DNA of 64,000 nt from Heteronotia binoei (taxonomy: Eukaryota): NCBI RefSeq assembly GCF_032191835.1, contig NC_083232.1:65720001-65784000 (forward strand), in the 5' to 3' direction. A model generated the notes under the pieces. It did not search any database. It saw nothing but the letters and a program-made list of their open reading frames with translations, and was not told the origin of the DNA. This document shows, piece after piece, positions 10,200 through 23,300 of this stretch. Within the stretch, counting starts at the first letter, position 1, and each line of letters opens with the position of its first letter. The translations under genes were made by a program, and so were the position numbers.

Positions 10200-13100
10200 T
10201 GCAAAGGAAGATGCGCACTGAGAGTCGTCCATGTTATTCTGGAGTTCATTTTTTTTTAAAGCGCGAACCTGTTTTCATTCTCGAGATGAGAGGCGGAGCG
10301 CAGGCGAGCTGCTTCTCGGCGCCCGAAGTGGTCCTCGGCGGGTTCCAGCCAGGCAGCGATCTGCTCCTCGCCCCGGGAAACAGACACGCGAGGCCGAGGC
10401 AGCCTCAAGAGGGCGCTCCTTCGCTGCCCCGGCAGGCGAGCGTGCGCACCTTGCGCGGGGCCCAGGGGGCTGGCGGCGCTTTCCGGGCTGAGCGTCGTCG
10501 AGGCGCAAGAAGAGAAGACCCTGCCCGGGGGGGGGGGGAGGCTGAAGTGCTTGCGGCCGCCTTGGTCCCCCGGGGGCAAGGAAAGAGAGAAAGCGCTTAC
10601 CCCCTCTGGGAGCTCCAGGCCGCTTACAAGCCCCGCCGCCGCCGTTGGTTCTCGGAGCCCCCTTTCCTGCGGGAGAGAAGGACCGGCTCCTCCTGGGTCA
10701 GCCGGCTGGCCCCGGCCCCGTCGAGCCTGCTGGCTTCTTCTTTCTGGCCCGTGAGCTCACGGGCTGCAGCTGGGCCCCCCCTCTGCACACTTTCTGGGCA
10801 GTCGGCAGCGCTGCTGTCTGCGAGGGAGGAGCTGCCATTTGGCTGCCTGGTGGCAAGACCGGCGGGCTGCCCAAGCCGCCTTCGAGGGCCTTAGCGAACG
10901 GCTGCTTTCGCGGAGCCTTTGGAAAGCTCCCCCGGCGGGGAGAGAGTCCCGCTTGCTTCCTTTGCCGAGGGCTGGAGGAGGAAAGCCCCGCCGGCTGGCC
11001 TGGAGGGGAGGGGAAGGAGCCTCCTCCTGGCCCTTTCACGGGGGCGGCCTGGGACTTGGTGCTCCGGCCAGCCCTTCCCTCCCCTCCCCCCCCCCCCCCA
11101 AGATTCAGCCTCCGTTAAAGGGGCAGGAGGACCTTTTTCTTCTGCAGACTAGTTGGCAACTCCGCGTGCGGAAGGGGGAATTCTACCGGGGGGCCCCGTC
11201 TGGTTTTAGGGTTTGAAGGGAAAGAGTCAGAAGTGGCTAATAGAGACGGAGCGCGCCATGCTCAGAACTGAGGCCTATTCAGTTCAATAAGACTCCCTAG
11301 CAAGAAGCCTGCCAACCCGAAGTAGCTGGGTGCAAACACCTGCGGGTGCCTCGTTCTTTTAGAGGAGTTCAGGAGGGCCTACGGCGAGCTTCCTCCTCCT
11401 CATTCGGAGGCGCTGTTAGCGGCTGTGGATGGAGCCCTTCGCTCTTTGGTGCCCCCACTCCGTCGGAGCCGGCCCCAGCAGTACATTTCCAAGCCAAGAG
11501 GGGCCCGATCCTGCATCGCGAACTGCTTCGCTAACCTAAGCGATCTCAGTCTTCCCTTTTGGCCGGGGCTCCGGCTGGCCAGACGGGGAGGGGGACTGGG
11601 TCCGCTGAGAAGATCCGAGGGCTGAATGCGGCCTCCTCGCGAGGAGGAGTGCACCTGGGGCACAGCCTCGCTCAAGGCAGGGCAGATTGGGGAGGGGAGT
11701 CATTCGATTGCGCGAAACAGGAGTCGCACGGGACGGCTTCCCTCGGGCTGGACCAGAAGAAGGCCGGAGGGCCAGGGGCAAGGCTGCAGGGCAGGGGGAC
11801 TCCTGCCTTCGATTCACTCTCCTCCCCGCACCTCCAGGAACTTGGCAGTCCCTTGGCCGCCTCTGGCAACTGAAAGGTCCTGCGGCGCACGAAAGCGACT
11901 CAGGGCTGCGCCCCTCAGACCCCTCGGCTGGAGAGAGCCGAGCAGCTCTCCCATCGCCTGTCGGTCGGCTCTTCTCCCGGGACAAGACGCCTCCGAGGCC
12001 CCGGAGCGAAGGACGCGACGGCAGGCGGGAAGTGGCGCTCGCAAGGCCGGAGCTGCGCCAGAGCCGACGGCGGCGCTTCAGACCTCGCTTTCCTGTCCCC
12101 CACCCCACCCCGTTGGGCTTGCCCCCGCCCCCCCATCTCCTCTCCGGAGTTCCTGCCACTGAAGGGCCCAAACTTGGCTTCGGGCTAAAGCGGGCGGAGA
12201 GCGCGGCAGGGGCTGAGCCTTTGCCCCACCAGCCCCTCAAGGGACATCCAGCCGGCCCTCCGTCTGTGCGTGTTTGGGGAGGGGATCTCTCAGCCTGGGC
12301 GCCGCGGAGGGGGAAAGCCTCGCCTTCCCCGCCGCTCTTCGGGGTGCCGCCGCCCTTCCCACCTGTCTCTCTGCCTCCCTAGTCTGGGGAAAGGAAGGCC
12401 CAGCAGCCGTCGGAGTCCTCCTGCTGTCCTTCCTCGTTCTCTTCGGGGCAGCCAGCAACGCGCTGCCTTCCCCCTCCTTCTTCTGGCGTCTCCTTCCGTC
12501 GCGGTCCCGGACCTCCACGAGCTGCCGGGACGAAGAAGTGTCGGAGTCCGCCCGCAATCCCTTCTCCTCTGCCGCCCCAGAGACTCACCCAGGAGCTGCT
12601 GCCGGTGCGGGCGAACCGTTCCCAAAGCAAAGGCAGAGGCTCCCGCACGTGCACAGCCGGGGGGGGGGGGGGTGGTGCGCGGCCCTGATCCCCTTGCCCG
12701 CCCCGTGAGCCGCCTTCGTCCTGGGCAGGGGGTGGGCTGGCTGCTGCCCAGGCTTCACACGTGCAAATGCGGAGGCCGTCCAGGCGATGCAGGCGCTCAA
12801 GGAGCGCGTCCCCCGGGCAGTTCTCCCGTCCAGGCGGCGTGGATTGCGCGGTACCCGGCAGCGGGGGTGGGGGACTCAAGCGCTCCCCACCCACCCACCC
12901 ACCCTGCAGAAGGGAAGCGCTCCGCCTTTCGGCGGCGGGCTCGGCGGTTCTGCCGCTACAGCAGCCTTCTCCTTCGCCTCCCCCCCCGCCCGCCCGCCCG
13001 CCCGCCCGGCGGGCCTCTGCTCTCGCTTTCCCTCTCTCTCGCCGGGGTGTTTGGCGGTGTCATCCGAGGCAGCTTAATGAGATGCAGCGCCGGTTCGCAG

Positions 13101-14300
13101 TTCGGCGTCTGGCACCCCCGTTTTAGGAATGCCGCCTCCCCCTCCTCCCCAGGTGTTAATTGGGGCCAGCCAGGAACTTGGGGGGGCCACCCCACAGCGG
13201 GAGGGCTTTGCGCGAGGTGGGGGGGGGGCTTGTGAAAGCCTGCTCGCTCTGCCAACCCCCCCCCCCACGCCCCGTTTGCGCGGAACCAGACGGGGCGGCG
13301 GCTGTAGTTGCTGCTGCTGAGCGACTCGCGGCCGCCACTCGACAAAGGGGCTGGGGGTGGAGGACGCAGAGGGGGGCGCAGGAGTGCGAGAGCCCGGCGG
13401 CTTCGCGCGCTTGCTGCCCCCCTTTGGGGAAGGTGGCGTCGGGGAGACCAGCTTGCCCGGCTTGGAGCCGCACAGTCCCCGGGCAGGAGACAAAACCCCG
13501 TCAGCCACTCGCACCCCGCCCCCCCCCCGTCTGCACGCCTAGAAGCAGCAGCCGCCGCCGCCGCCCCGCCGGAGAGCAGGAAGGCTGGGGAGGAAAGGCG
13601 CAGCTCCCCTCCCGCCCCGAAGGCAAGGGCGTGGGCCTGCCAGGTGCCGCGGGAGCGGCGAGGCTGAGAAGGACGGCCGCTCGCAAGCCCGCTGCCGCCC
13701 AGGGAGCCTCCCCCGGCCCTTGCCTTTCGCCTCCGAGCCCGGCAGCCCTTCGCCCCCTGCCCAGGCCAGCAGCAGCTGAGGGGCGCTTTGCCCGCCGCCG
13801 GCCTGGCGAGATAACCGGGGAGAGCCGGGAAGGCGGCAGGCGGCTCCAGCTTCCCGACCGGGGCAGCGTTGGAGGCTTGCGAAGAACCCGAGCAGAACCC
13901 CGCGCCCGGAGCCGGAGCCAGAGGCAGCCAAAGGGCTGGGCCGGCCTCGCCGCCGCCTTTTCAAAACCAGCCCGAGCTCTCCAGGGCAGCAGGGCTTCCT
14001 TCCTTCCTTCCTTCCTTCCAGCGGTGGGGAGCGGCTCTTCTGTGGAGGGGTCCCGCAGGCACTTGGCTTCCAAGGGAGAGCTTGTCCTCCCGCCCTTCCC
14101 CCGCCGTGGCGGAGGGAGAAAGCCCATTGCCCGGCTCCTGTCCCTTTCTGCTCAGCCCCTCCTGGATTTGTGCCAGTAATACCGCAGGAGGGTTCCCCTG
14201 GACTTCCTTTGACAGGAGAGTCAGGCTGCAGCTTTGAGAACGCCAGAACAAAAAACTCGCAGGCAAGGAGACAGGCCAGGCTTCATTCTCCAGCGGCAGA
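10200..14300. promoter_or_regulatory. CpG island downstream of the EOMES 3' end
   Basis: ~4 kb GC/CpG-rich block with no recognisable coding sequence or repeats; boundaries approximate. Confidence 0.88.
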
Positions 14301-14724
14301 CGGAGGCAGCCTCAATGAAGCTGCATTTCTCCTATTTTCTAGGAAAAAGAGGAGCAGGGCTTTTTTTTTAAGTGCTTAAGGACACCTCCTCGAGAACAGT
14401 GCAGGAAGAGGGCCCTGAATTAAGGGGGTAAAAATCAACAAACCTCTTCTCTCCCACCCCAGCTGGTTTACAGGCTTGAGTTTTGGAACAAGAGAGAGTA
14501 ATGAAAAGAGGGGCAGGAAGTGAGAAGCCAGAGAAGACCCATCACCCCACTGACACTCAACCCATCCTTGAGCCAAATCCCTGCAAAGAAACAGCTTCTC
14601 TTGGGGCTTGGGGTCGCGGCTAGATTAGTGGAAGCATATTGACAACAAAACAAACAATTTTTAAAATGAACAATTAGCCATTTCTTCCCTGCTACAACCC
14701 ATTTCAAAGATGAAAAGCAAAGAA

Positions 14725-15710
14725 AAAATGCCTACCATGGCAACACATTTATTAAAAAGTATTTACAGAGAGGACAGTCCCACCCCAAAATAAACTAATG
14801 CTTTTTTCCTTTTAGAAAAGTCTTTTGCCAGCTCTTAGCATCTGTAAGATTATTTACATACTGAGCAACAGGAGTTACAAACACTTTCTTTTCAGCACAG
14901 GACTGCTGGGAAAAAAAATATGTTCACCACTACCTACTAATAAATAGATATTTCAATGTGCTCTCAGCATCCACTGTCAGATTAAAATTGGTTGAAATGA
15001 AGGATTCGAACCCGCTTCAAACACCAAACAGCACGGTCATGACTAAGACTATATACAGAAGGTTGTAATTCTACAGTGGACCTGGACAACACACGGCTGT
15101 ACACTTAAATATTGTACTATTTTGAAACCTTTACAAGATTCCTTCACTGCCATAACTTTTTCTGCCAAGACATTTCAATCTCCCATGGAAAGGTCAAGCA
15201 AGTTTAAGCCTTCAGACAAGACACCTAGTCCTTGCATACTTTGTGAAAGACTGGTGGAACTCTCCGTTCTCAGCTACTGAGCTGCATGCAGCTACAATAT
15301 AATATCTGGGTAGAAATTAGCACAAAGCACCTTTTCCTCCTTCACTCAGGGGAACTCCTGAAAACACAAAACTCTTGGTAGTGCACAGCACTTAAGCCAG
15401 CTAGTCAAAAATCATCTGTCTTTAATGTAGCCTCCCCCAACAATGTCCAGATTGTGCTTACAGACTATCCAGTACCCTTAAGGAGAGACCCAAATGGTTT
15501 TGGGCACTACTTTGTTTCTTCCCATTTTTACCTGCAAAAAGGTCAGTCAAAAGCTTTGGCACCTTCAATAGAATTGCACAAAAAAAAACATTTTAAAGGT
15601 GGAAAATAAAGTTCCTTTGGCAACATTTATGCAAAAGATCTTGATACCACCACTGAAAATATATATATATATATACAGCCAGTCACATTTTTACAGGACC
15701 CCCAAAGCTC
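14725..15710 (-). other. EOMES: EOMES 3'UTR with poly(A) signal
   Basis: AATAAA on minus strand at 14753-14748 followed by a U/GU-rich tract (~14640-14670); exact cleavage site inferred. Confidence 0.7.
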
Positions 15711-16446
15711 TTAAGAAGTGGTGTAGAAAGCATAATAGCCCATGCCTTTTGAAGAGTCTTTGCCAAAGTCCTCCGTATTAATGTCCTCGCACTTCATTGT
15801 TGGAGAGTTTTCGTTGCTTGAGGTGCTGGGGGACAGTCGTCTCCTTTTACAAGCGCTGGTGTAGACTCCCGAATCATTTGAATCTAGAGACTTTATGGAG
15901 GGTGGCGTCTCTATCCAGGATGACCCCATTTCTTCTTTCACTTTCTCCTTAGAGAGCAGGTCTTCAGAGAAACTCGGGGGACTCGTCCTGGAGGCCCAAG
16001 GTAAGCCAGTAGACATTTTCGTCTGGTAAGAGCCTCTGCTCCCCCATCCTGCCATGGAGGAGAAAGCTGGATCAGGATAGTAGCCCAAGGCATGGGATGT
16101 CTGAAGAGGAAGGGATTTGATGCCGTAAGGAAGCAGAGTACTAGCCGAGTAGTCGGTTTCGTAAGAGTTCATGTCTAGTTTGTTGGCCCCGGGCTGCTGG
16201 ACCGGAGTGACAAACCACCTCTGGGGGGGATTGGTCACTTCTTCGTTCTGTTGAGGAGAGAGGAGGCCATTTGTCTGCGGCACAGTTCTTTCCCCATTAT
16301 AAAATCTAGCAGGCGGCAAGTTGTTGACAAATTGTTCCTGGAAGAAGGGTTGTACGCTGTACCGGCCTCCCGGGACAATCTGGTGGGATCTAGGAGAATC
16401 CGTGGGAGATGGAGTTAATCTGTCATTTTCTGAAGCTGTGTACATG
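15711..16446 (-). CDS. EOMES: EOMES coding exon 6 (736 nt; C-terminal region and stop)
   Basis: Acceptor ttgtag|C; SMYTASENDRLTPSPTDSPRSHQIVPGG...KRRRLSP...GYYAFYTTS then TAA at 15713-15711. Six exons sum to 2052 nt, 684 codons in frame. Confidence 0.97.
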
Positions 16447-17012
16447 CTACAAATACAAGAGAAAAATGCTAAGAGAATGTTCTCGACCATTTAAAAAACT
16501 GGCAGTAATATGCACGAAGCTTGACTCAAGCTGGAAATATGGTTTAGATTGATTTCTTGTTAAATATCAAAATTAATACCAAACCAGTTTGGAGTCTTAT
16601 TTCACAGTGGTCCCTACCCCCAATATCGTGTTGGTTTTATCAAGGGATCTACAGCTCACTTTTAGAAACACTCTGCCTATGTACTTATAAACACCCACAT
16701 ATAAATTTTGAGTGCCTTGCATGCTGAAGTATTTCTGAAAATTGACTGATGTCCTTATGTTACTTTTAACTTATAAATTCAAATTTGATTCTAGAGCAAG
16801 ATTTTATGCTATGCTACTTCCTTAATTAACTCAGACAATTATATCTAAACCGTTTAGTTATGTTGTGAGCTTATTCAAAATTCATTTTTGCCGAGATATA
16901 CAGCTAGTTTCCATTGAAACGAGTTCCTGCAGTCAGCAGGATTTGGTTTTAGGTACGATGTGCTAACGAGTAGTATTTGTATTCAAAATTCTCTCAAATA
17001 GAATACTACTTA

Positions 17013-17132
<120 letters not shown>

Positions 17133-17451
17133 TTAAAAAAACCAAATAATGCCCTTTTGAATGAACAAAAGAGAAGGTCCCCACTTTAGAAAACTAGGTT
17201 TTGATAAGTGAATTCTATTAACAAAGTAGATTTTGTTTCACTCAGACGGACTAGTGAAAATAAGCGATTTCCAATTTAACAAAGCTAGATAATGGTTCCA
17301 TTATTCTTGTATAATTTGTAAATGCGGGAAAGAGTTACAAGTCTTACTTTGCAATTCTAAACAGGGACACGCCCTTCTAAGACCGATTACTTCAAGTGAC
17401 TTGAAAACACAACATACTTCACATGCACACAAAACTGGGTTTTATCCTTAC

Positions 17452-17610
17452 ATCAGTGTTTTGATAGGCAGTAACAGCTATGAATTGTGTTTCAGGAAAA
17501 TTAAATGTCTGAGTCTTTGAAGAGTCATTTATATCTTCAACACCATCTTCTGTCACTTCTACGATGTGGAGCCGTGGCTGATACTTGTGCAGTGACTGAA
17601 GCACGATCAT
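17452..17610 (-). CDS. EOMES: EOMES coding exon 4 (159 nt; T-box)
   Basis: Acceptor ttgcag|ATG; [53 protein letters not shown]; donor GAT|GTAAG. Confidence 0.98.
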
Positions 17611-17922
17611 CTGCAATAACGGAAAAGAGGAACCCAATTTAGCCCTCCACTGTCATGTCAGATGGGGGGATGTTGAAGTGTATAATGCTTCAAGAGCCTT
17701 CAACATATTTCTTCCCCCCTACCACCACCACTTTATGACCTTAAAAAAAGACAGTGTTTTGCCAACTGCATTGAACGTTTCAGTAACCCTAGGACAGGTC
17801 TAGGGAGTTGTAAGTTTATTTCAGCACCACACTACAAAATTCTTTCATACGAAGCACACATCTTCTCTGTTCTAAGGTCAGCTAAGGGAGTCTTCAAAGT
17901 CAATCTAAGGTAACTATTTTAC

Positions 17923-18044
17923 CTGGGTGTTGTTGTTATTGGCTCCCTTGTTATTGGTTAGTTTCAGTTTCCCAAAGGAGATCTCCTGCCTCATCCAGTG
18001 GGCTCCAGTGTTGGGAGATTCAGGATGAACATAAACCTTGTTGC
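17923..18044 (-). CDS. EOMES: EOMES coding exon 3 (122 nt; T-box)
   Basis: Acceptor ctacag|GC; [41 protein letters not shown]; donor CAG|GTAAA. Absent from the ORF track, read manually. Confidence 0.97.
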
Positions 18045-18443
18045 CTGTAGCGTAGGGAGAGAAAGAGCATTAGAAGTTTTCTTTCTATACACAGCAGAGT
18101 AAGACTTCTTAGATCTAACACCAGGAAGGAAATGCAGACACCAGACTGTGAGGGAATCAGTATTCTCTGTTGTTGCAAGGTATGCAGTGGTGACGGCCTC
18201 CCCCCACCAAGAACCAAGGGGAACAGCCTACTTTTTCTTAGCCCTGTCCAATAGGGAAGACTTTTTCTCTTGAACCCAACAAGGAGAAAATCGCACTCCT
18301 CCCCTCCCCCCAAACTGGTCCCCGGGTGGTTTCCTCAACCCGCCTATAACAGGGCTGGCGGAAAAGTTGCCCTTGAGGAAGAAGCAACCCAAGGAGAGCT
18401 CTGCAGACTGGGGCCTGCCAGGGGCTCTCCTCCTCCTCCTCAC

Positions 18444-18598
18444 CTTGCATGTTGTTGTCGGCCTTGCCGCAGGTCACCCACTTGCCCCCTTGGAAGCGCC
18501 AGTGGTTGGGGTCGGCCAGCACCACCTCCACGAAGACGTTGTAGTGGGCCGTGGGGTTGAGGCCCGTCATGTTGAAGCTCAGGAAAGGAAACATCCGC
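18444..18598 (-). CDS. EOMES: EOMES coding exon 2 (155 nt; T-box)
   Basis: Acceptor ctgcag|G; [51 protein letters not shown]; donor G|GTGAG. Confidence 0.98.
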
Positions 18599-19015
18599 CT
18601 GCAGCCCAGCAGAAAGAGAAGGGAAGGGGGGGCTGAAGGCGCCAAGAAAGCTCCCCCAGCCCAGTCCTTTGGCAGCGCCCGCGCAGAGGGAGGGAGGAAG
18701 GGCTGACGGCAGATGGCCGCTCCCCTCGTGCCTTTATATTTAGAGTGGCCGCGAGAAGCGCTGGCAGCCCGCCCCCGCCCCCCCGCCGCCTTTGGGGGGC
18801 CCCGCGACGAGACCGCCTCCTGCTGCTGCCCCTCCACGCCCCGGAGGCGGCCAGTCCCGCCCGGGTAGGGAGACCCGCAGGGGCGCGCCGATGCCAACCG
18901 CTCCAAGGGGGCCGAAGTGGCGGAGCCCAACGCAGAGAGCCTTGGAAAAGACGCGCCGCTGGTTGGACCGGCGGCCGCTGGGCCTCTTTCGGCGCAGCCC
19001 CTGCTCAGAGCCTCA

Positions 19016-20374
<1,359 letters not shown>

Positions 20375-23300
20375 TCATTAGACAGGCACTAATTGGAGCG
20401 GCTCACCTGGGCCGCCTCCTGGCCCCTCCTGGCCAGAAGAAGAGCCGCGCCGTCCTGGCCCGCCCGCCCGCCCACGGGCTGGGGCTGCAGCCGGCCTTCC
20501 GCCTTGCTTGCGGGCCCCCTTCGAGGCTGACCCCAAAGCGACAGCCGCCCACCCACCCCATCCATTCGGAGCTCCAGGCCCAGCAGCTCGGGGGACGCGG
20601 GCGAGTGGGCTGGGGGTCCCCCTCTGGTTTCCCGAGAGAGAGCGGGAAGGGATCTCACTCCGCGCCCCTTCCAGAGGGAGAGAGGGGCCACCCGCCTGAG
20701 GAGCCAGGCCAAGAGAAGCGGGCCAACCAGCCGGACCCCCGACGGCACCGTCGCCCGCCAGCCCCGGGGAGGGGCTTGTCTCCGCCTGACCGCTGGGCCT
20801 ATGCAAGGCATCCGGCCGCGCGGCAGCTCCTCTGGGCGTCTGGCCTCTGGTGCTCCGGCCGGTCCTCAGCCCATTCCTTCCCCTCCCCCCAACTTGAGAT
20901 GCAAGGGGGGGGGTCTCCCTCTCCCCCCTCCAGATGCAGCCGCAGCCCTTCCTGCCGAGCACTTCGCACCTTGGCGGGGATTTCCTCGAAACCGGGTGGG
21001 GGGGGTTGGCCCTCCCGGCTCGGAGCTCTTCTTGCCTCGCTTCCGGGCGCTTTGGAAGAGACGGTGGGGGGGGGAGAGGGAGGGGGAGGGGGGGAGAATC
21101 ACTTTCCACGTGGTTTTGCTGCTGCCTGCAGAGAAACCCAAGCCCCAAAGAGAGAGGGTGCTTCCTCCGCCCCGCATCAGCGGAGACAGATCCCCCCCCA
21201 CAGCCCCCCACCTCTCCTTAAGTCTGCAGGGTGGAGCCTCTAGAGCCCGGAGCCCCTTCGAGGCCCAGAGCAGCAGCGGGACCCGCTTTCCTGCAGACTA
21301 AGAAGCCACCAAACCCCACAACTCTGACAAACGAGTTTGGGCGAAGGAGGGCAGCGCGAAGAGGGCACCGCGCCCGAAGGCGAAGCAGACCCTGCCAGGG
21401 TCTGGCAGGCAGCCCCCCTCCCCCCGGCCGCCCGCCCCTTCCAGAGCTCCGGCCCGGCCCAGCCAGCCTTCGCACCGAGCTCCTGGGCACAACGAAGGGG
21501 CAGCTTGCGCGGCGCACACACTCCCCCCTCGAAGCCGCGCGCCCCTCTTCTCGCCTTGCCTGCCCTTCCCTGCCCAAGAAAGGGCGGCACGGGGCGCCCC
21601 TCAAGCGCAGAGCCCAGCAAGCGGGGCAGCCGCCGGGCCCCTGGGAAGCCGACGACAGGATCCCGCGGCGCCCTTGGACATCCGTGGGGCCAGACCTGCC
21701 TCCCTCAGCCCCCTTCGGAGCGAAAGTGGAGCCCGCCTGCCGCCCCCCCCGCCTCTTGGGAAGACAAGCAACGCCCCCCCCCGTCTGACGTGACGGCAGG
21801 CCCTGCCAGGCGGCCTTTCTGGCCAGCGAGCTGCAGCAGGAGGCCGAGGGGCACAGGCGCCCGCCCGCCCGCCCACCCCCCAAGTGCCGCCCTCCGCCGG
21901 AGCCCCCTGGCCGGTGCCGCAGGACCACGGGAGCACCGGGGCAAGATGCCGACGAGGAGGCTTCTGAGGAGAGGGACAGGGGGTAGCTGAGGCGTCGTTG
22001 TGGACACCGCTGGTCCGCGAACATGGAGCCTTTGCTCGGCTGCCCACGAGCCAAACGACGCCCTCGCACAGCAGCCGCCTTCCCGAAGGCCGGACACCGA
22101 CAGTGGGGAGCGAGCCCTTCACACGAGTTGAGAACTGGCGGGAGCGGAATTTCGGGCCCGAGCCTCCCCCGGGCGCCTCCCGGCCTTAGCACTCCCCTCC
22201 CAAGGAAGCCGGCGTCGGGGGCAGCTCCGCGCCCTTCGCTCCTTGCACGAGAGACAGCTGCGGGGGGAGGCAGGAGACGCAACCTTCGCAAATAAAGCCG
22301 AGGCCGCCCGCCCGCCCCGCTCCCTCCCTCCGAGACGCCGCGGCGACATTGGGCAGGCCAAGAGCTCTTGGGCTGGTTGCTCTTCCAAGGACTTCCAGCC
22401 TCCCTCTCCTTGCGAGCCTGCAGGCAGCAGCCGGGCAGGAGGGCTGGGCAATTCCGAGGAGGCATCGCGGGCTTCCCAGGCGCCCTCCCGGATCGAGACG
22501 TCGAATCCGCAACGATTTCGCCTTAAGGCTACGATCGGCTGCCCAGTGCGTCGAGAGCAGGCCCCACGGACCTCGCGGCGACCTTTGGGAAAGATCGAGG
22601 GTGGGCCTGGACGGCACCGGTGCGAACGCCGACTCTCCGCTGGGCGAGGCTTGCGCAAGGAGGCTTGTGGCGGGGTGTCTCTGTTCCCAGCGCCCCCGCC
22701 GCTCTCCCGGGACGTGGCCCTTCTTGGGGCTCGCCCTCCTCCCCCAACAACCGCCACCTGCTGCCTTGGGGCTCCCTCCTCCTTTCAGCCCGGGAGGAGA
22801 CGAGAAGGCCGGCGCTTCCCGACTCCCCGTCGGTTCAAGGGCGCTGCGAAGACGCCGGCAAGAAGGGCCGAAGGCGATTGGGGGAGCCGCTGCGCTCAGA
22901 AGACCGGTGGGGGAGCACGAGGAGCCCCAGGCCAGGGAGACCGGAGCAAACGATCAGTGCTCCAAAGGAGTCCTCAAAGAGGCTTTCTGGGAGCCAGCTC
23001 CTCTGGAGAGGCCTGATCCTGAGCGGACCTCGTTAGGATCGCGCTGCCAAGGCCTGGCGGAAGGGGAGAAGTCTGCACCCTGGCCGCCCAGTCCCCAGCG
23101 CCTCCCTTCGAGGTCCTCTTTATTCCCACGGGATAGCCACCGTTGGAAGAAACTGCCAGGGGGTCATCCCGTTTTTTTGCGCGGCTCCCAAATCCCTGAG
23201 GCCGAAAGAAAAGGAAGCCCGTTTGCAACTCACCGCGCGGAGATGGAAGAGGCGGCAGAGGCCATCCTAGAGAGACTCACACCCTCCTCAACCCAGCTCA

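Noticed and set aside
10145-14200. Many long overlapping ORFs (up to 339 aa) in the downstream CpG island
   Set aside because: All frames are open because stops are rare in GC-rich DNA; Arg/Gly/Pro/Ala low complexity, many non-ATG starts, no domain.
15326-15331. miR-29 site in the 3'UTR
   Set aside because: Only a 6mer match.
17820-17830. REST/RE1 left half-site in intron 3
   Set aside because: Right half (GGACAG) is missing.
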